Source of the DNA: an uncultured bacterium
GTDB lineage: Bacteria > Latescibacterota > UBA2968 > UBA8231
Direction of reading: 5' to 3'
Assembly: GCA_937942165.1 (NCBI GenBank)
Contig: CALDFW010000106.1
Coordinates: forward strand, 1 to 61,554
DNA length: 61,554 bases
A program made the position numbers and the translations under genes. A model generated the notes under the pieces. It was not told the origin of the DNA and ran no database searches. It saw only the letters and a list, made by a program, of their open reading frames with translations. Shown here one piece after another: positions 59,083 through 61,554 of the stretch. Every line of letters starts with the position of its first letter. Within the stretch, counting starts at the first letter, position 1.

Positions 59083-59781
59083 TTAGGCTGCCAGCTGCGA
59101 GCGATCAATTTTGATTCCTGGTCCCATGGCCGAAGACAGAACGCACTTGTTGACGAACTGCCCCTTAGCGGAGGCAGGCTTGGCACGCATAATCGCCTCG
59201 GTGAATGCTTTGACATTCTCGACGAGCGATTCCGCCTCAAATGAAAGCTTACCAACGGCAGCCTGCGCATTGTTGCCAGATTTGCTGTCAGCCCGATATT
59301 CTACGCGTCCAGCTTTAGCATCGCGAACAGCCTGCCCAACTTCGCGAGTAACAGTCCCCGTTTTGGGGTTAGGCATTAACCCACGAGGCCCTAAAACGCG
59401 ACCTAACTTACCAACCTGACCCATCATGTCAGGCGAGGCTACGACCAAATCGAAGTCGAGCCATCCCCCTTCAATCTTAGCGACAAGATCTGCTCCACCA
59501 ACGTAATCAGCACCGGCCTCTTCGGCTTCCTGCGCAATTTCTCCCTGTGCGATTACCAAAACGCGGATGTCTTTTCCCGTGCCATGCGGCAACATGACTG
59601 TACCACGCAAGATTTGATCAGCTTGACGACCATCAATCCCCAGATTGAGAGTAATCTCAACCGTTTGGTCAAACTTCAGCGCGGGAAAGCTCTTGAGCAA
59701 ACCAACAGCTTCTTCAATAGTGTATGCCTTGTCGCGATCTACGTTTTCCAACGCCTGCGAATATTTTTTACTCCTGGCCAT
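59083..59781 (-). CDS. rplA: 50S ribosomal protein L1
   Basis: 232 aa, ...[34 protein letters not shown]... Confidence 0.95.
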   Translation of the reverse strand: MARSKKYSQALENVDRDKAYTIEEAVGLLKSFPALKFDQTVEITLNLGIDGRQADQILRGTVMLPHGTGKDIRVLVIAQGEIAQEAEEAGADYVGGADLVAKIEGGWLDFDLVVASPDMMGQVGKLGRVLGPRGLMPNPKTGTVTREVGQAVRDAKAGRVEYRADSKSGNNAQAAVGKLSFEAESLVENVKAFTEAIMRAKPASAKGQFVNKCVLSSAMGPGIKIDRSQLAA

Positions 59782-59811
59782 AACCGTAATCCTCTCGTTC
59801 TATCTTCGGCG

Positions 59812-60234
59812 CTATTCTACCAACAACCCCATACTACGCGCAGTTCCTGCAATCATGGACATGGCAGACTCAATCGATGAGGCATTCAAATCCGGCATTT
59901 TCAACTCGGCAATTTCTCTAACCTGGCTGGGTGAGACCTTCCCGACTTTGTTCATGTTGGGAACTCCAGACCCCTTACTGAGCTTGGCCGCTCTCAAGAG
60001 AAGGACTGCAGCAGGAGGCGTCTTCGTAATGAATGAGAAACTGCGATCTGCGTAAACGGTGATAACAACGGGAATGACTAAACCCGCCTGTTCTTGAGTC
60101 TGCGCGTTGAATGCCTTACAGAACTCCATAATATTCACGCCGTGCTGGCCAAGTGCAGGGCCTACAGGCGGGGTCGGATTGGCCTGACCTGCCGGCACCT
60201 GCAATTTAATCTGTGCAACTTCCTTTTTCGCCAT
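59812..60234 (-). CDS. rplK: 50S ribosomal protein L11
   Basis: 140 aa, ...[35 protein letters not shown]... Confidence 0.96.
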   Translation of the reverse strand: MAKKEVAQIKLQVPAGQANPTPPVGPALGQHGVNIMEFCKAFNAQTQEQAGLVIPVVITVYADRSFSFITKTPPAAVLLLRAAKLSKGSGVPNMNKVGKVSPSQVREIAELKMPDLNASSIESAMSMIAGTARSMGLLVE

Positions 60235-60256
60235 GGGACGAAAACCCCTTCTCTAA

Positions 60257-60811
60257 TCAGGTTGTTTCTTCAGCTGGTTCGACTTGCAGCACATCGAGTT
60301 CTACAGAAGTACCGCGGCCGAATATGCTTACGGTTACTTTGAGGCGCCGCTTTTCAGGCAATACCTCTTGGACGGTGCCAACGAAATCCTTAAAAGGCCC
60401 ATCATTGACTTTGACCTGCTCACCCACCACAAACGGAATCTCTTCAATTTCCTGATCTTTCCGCTTGTCTATATGTCCGAGGATGTGATCAATTTCCTCC
60501 GGGCGAAGCGGCTGCGGCTTACGCGCGGGTCCGACAAAGTTGGTCACACCCGGAATATTGGTCACGAGATGCCATGCATCTTTGGACATTTCCATCTCGA
60601 TAAGCACATAACTAGGCAGAAAACGCTTTTTGATTACCCTCTTTTTACCGCCGCGCAGCTCGACTACTTCTTCTGTAGGCACAACGATCTGTCCGATAGC
60701 TCCATCTGCCGCATCGGATTCAATGAGCGTATCTATGTACGTCTTTACTTTGTTCTCATGTCCTGAGTAGGTATGCAGAGCATACCAGCGCTTTGCCATC
60801 TGAACTTCCAT
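60257..60811 (-). CDS. nusG: Transcription termination/antitermination factor NusG
   Basis: 184 aa, KRWYALHTYSGHENKV (NGN domain) and C-terminal KOW (GEQVKVNDGPFKDFVGTV). An alternative ATG lies at 60799. Confidence 0.95.
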   Translation of the reverse strand: MEVQMAKRWYALHTYSGHENKVKTYIDTLIESDAADGAIGQIVVPTEEVVELRGGKKRVIKKRFLPSYVLIEMEMSKDAWHLVTNIPGVTNFVGPARKPQPLRPEEIDHILGHIDKRKDQEIEEIPFVVGEQVKVNDGPFKDFVGTVQEVLPEKRRLKVTVSIFGRGTSVELDVLQVEPAEETT

Positions 60812-60873
60812 CGCTCAGCTTTCCTCAACCCAAAGGGATTCAGAAAAGCGCGTACCAATTATTGAATTATGAA

Positions 60874-61062
60874 CTATCCGAGAATAATTCCTCGGATAAA
60901 CGATATGACTAAGTCGAAAAGACCTATGATAACTGCAAACGCGGCAGAGAATACCAAAACGACATATGTCGAATTGAGAAGTTCTTCACGCGTTGGCCAA
61001 CTGACCTTCTCAAACTCAGCTCGGACATCTTTACTAAAGTTAGTTAACTTTGCCCACATCAC
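60874..61062 (-). CDS. secE: Preprotein translocase subunit SecE
   Basis: 62 aa, ...FSKDVRAEFEKVSWPTREELLNSTYVVLVFSAAFAVIIGLFD...; single TM helix; positioned before nusG. Confidence 0.9.
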   Translation of the reverse strand: MMWAKLTNFSKDVRAEFEKVSWPTREELLNSTYVVLVFSAAFAVIIGLFDLVISFIRGIILG

Positions 61063-61093
61063 CTATTTAACCGTTTCCCAAGCAGCGTAAAAA

Positions 61094-61169
61094 TGGCAGG
61101 GCCGGCAGGACTTGAACCTGCAACCGCCGGTTTTGGAGACCGGAGCTCTACCAATTGAGCTACGACCCT
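61094..61169 (-). tRNA. tRNA-Trp (anticodon CCA), CCA-3' encoded
   Basis: My manual minus-strand cloverleaf is AGGGTCG-TA-GCTC-AATTGGT-AGAGC-T-CCGGT-CTCCAAA-ACCGG-CGGTT-GCAGG-TTCAAGT-CCTGC-CGGCCCT-G-CCA. All four stems pair. It occupies the classic position upstream of secE-nusG. Confidence 0.95.
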
Positions 61170-61175
61170 ACCCTT

Positions 61176-61328
61176 TTAACGGGTCTCCTTATGAACGTAG
61201 TGTTTGCGGCAGAACCGGCAGTACTTCTTGTACTCAACTCTACCCGGTTGGGTCCTGCGATTCTTGGTTGCAGTGTAGTTACGACGACTGCACCCTTCGC
61301 ATTCCAATGTTATTTGCTCTCTCGGCAT
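61176..61328 (-). CDS. rpmG: 50S ribosomal protein L33
   Basis: Not in the ORF track (50 aa). My manual translation from ATG 61328 gives MPREQITLECEGCSRRNYTATKNRRTQPGRVEYKKYCRFCRKHYVHKETR, with the stop TAA at 61178-61176. This is the canonical L33 zinc-ribbon sequence. Confidence 0.9.
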   Translation of the reverse strand: MPREQITLECEGCSRRNYTATKNRRTQPGRVEYKKYCRFCRKHYVHKETR

Positions 61329-61373
61329 GATTACTCACAGTCTGTCAGTGTACTAAGGAAGACTTCTATTTTC

Positions 61374-61449
<76 letters not shown>

Positions 61450-61470
61450 TAAAAATCGGCCGAAACTTAG

Positions 61471-61546
61471 TGGAGCGGGAGACGGGAGTCGAACCCGCGA
61501 CATCAAGCTTGGAAGGCTTGCGCTCTGCCAACTGAGCTACTCCCGC
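61471..61546 (-). tRNA. tRNA-Gly (anticodon TCC), CCA-3' encoded
   Basis: My manual cloverleaf is GCGGGAG-TA-GCTC-AGTTGGC-AGAGC-G-CAAGC-CTTCCAA-GCTTG-ATGTC-GCGGG-TTCGACT-CCCGT-CTCCCGC-T-CCA. Confidence 0.95.
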
Positions 61547-61554
61547 GCACGCAG

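Overview
This is a 61.5-kb bacterial chromosomal window. I cannot assign a taxon from the sequence alone; the sigma-54, Bat/MoxR and GldG-type genes fit a Gram-negative organism. The right half (32.8-61.5 kb, all minus strand) is an uninterrupted ~29-kb array of translation and transcription genes: tRNA-Gly, tRNA-Thr, rpmG, tRNA-Trp, secE, nusG, rplKAJL, rpoBC, rpsLG, fusA, tuf, then the S10/spc/alpha ribosomal genes down to rplQ. rplC (L3) is physically absent between rpsJ and rplD. The left half holds five groups. (i) A signalling trio: GAF-like gene tail, FapA/DUF342 protein and REC-histidine kinase. (ii) A tightly coupled 14-15-gene minus-strand operon in which a MoxR-DUF58...BatA-E (VWA/TPR) envelope system is interrupted by a complete ABC-2 transporter module containing a tandem-duplicated GldG fusion and a DUF4340-like protein. 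This is my best candidate for an undescribed composite system. (iii) A TPR lipoprotein, an FmdB zinc ribbon and a TPR plus periplasmic-binding-fold protein. (iv) A proteostasis cluster: a ClpX paralogue without the zinc-binding domain, Lon, a sigma-54 activator with a degenerate receiver, and a candidate sigma-54 promoter plus repeated TGCCAT half-sites in front of lon. (v) Two convergent orphan genes, a PilZ-like protein with mis-spaced c-di-GMP motifs and a 465-aa protein with no motif I recognise, followed by rlmD. I saw no CRISPR array, transposase, integrase, prophage genes or rRNA. All family calls come from motif recognition by eye, not database searches.
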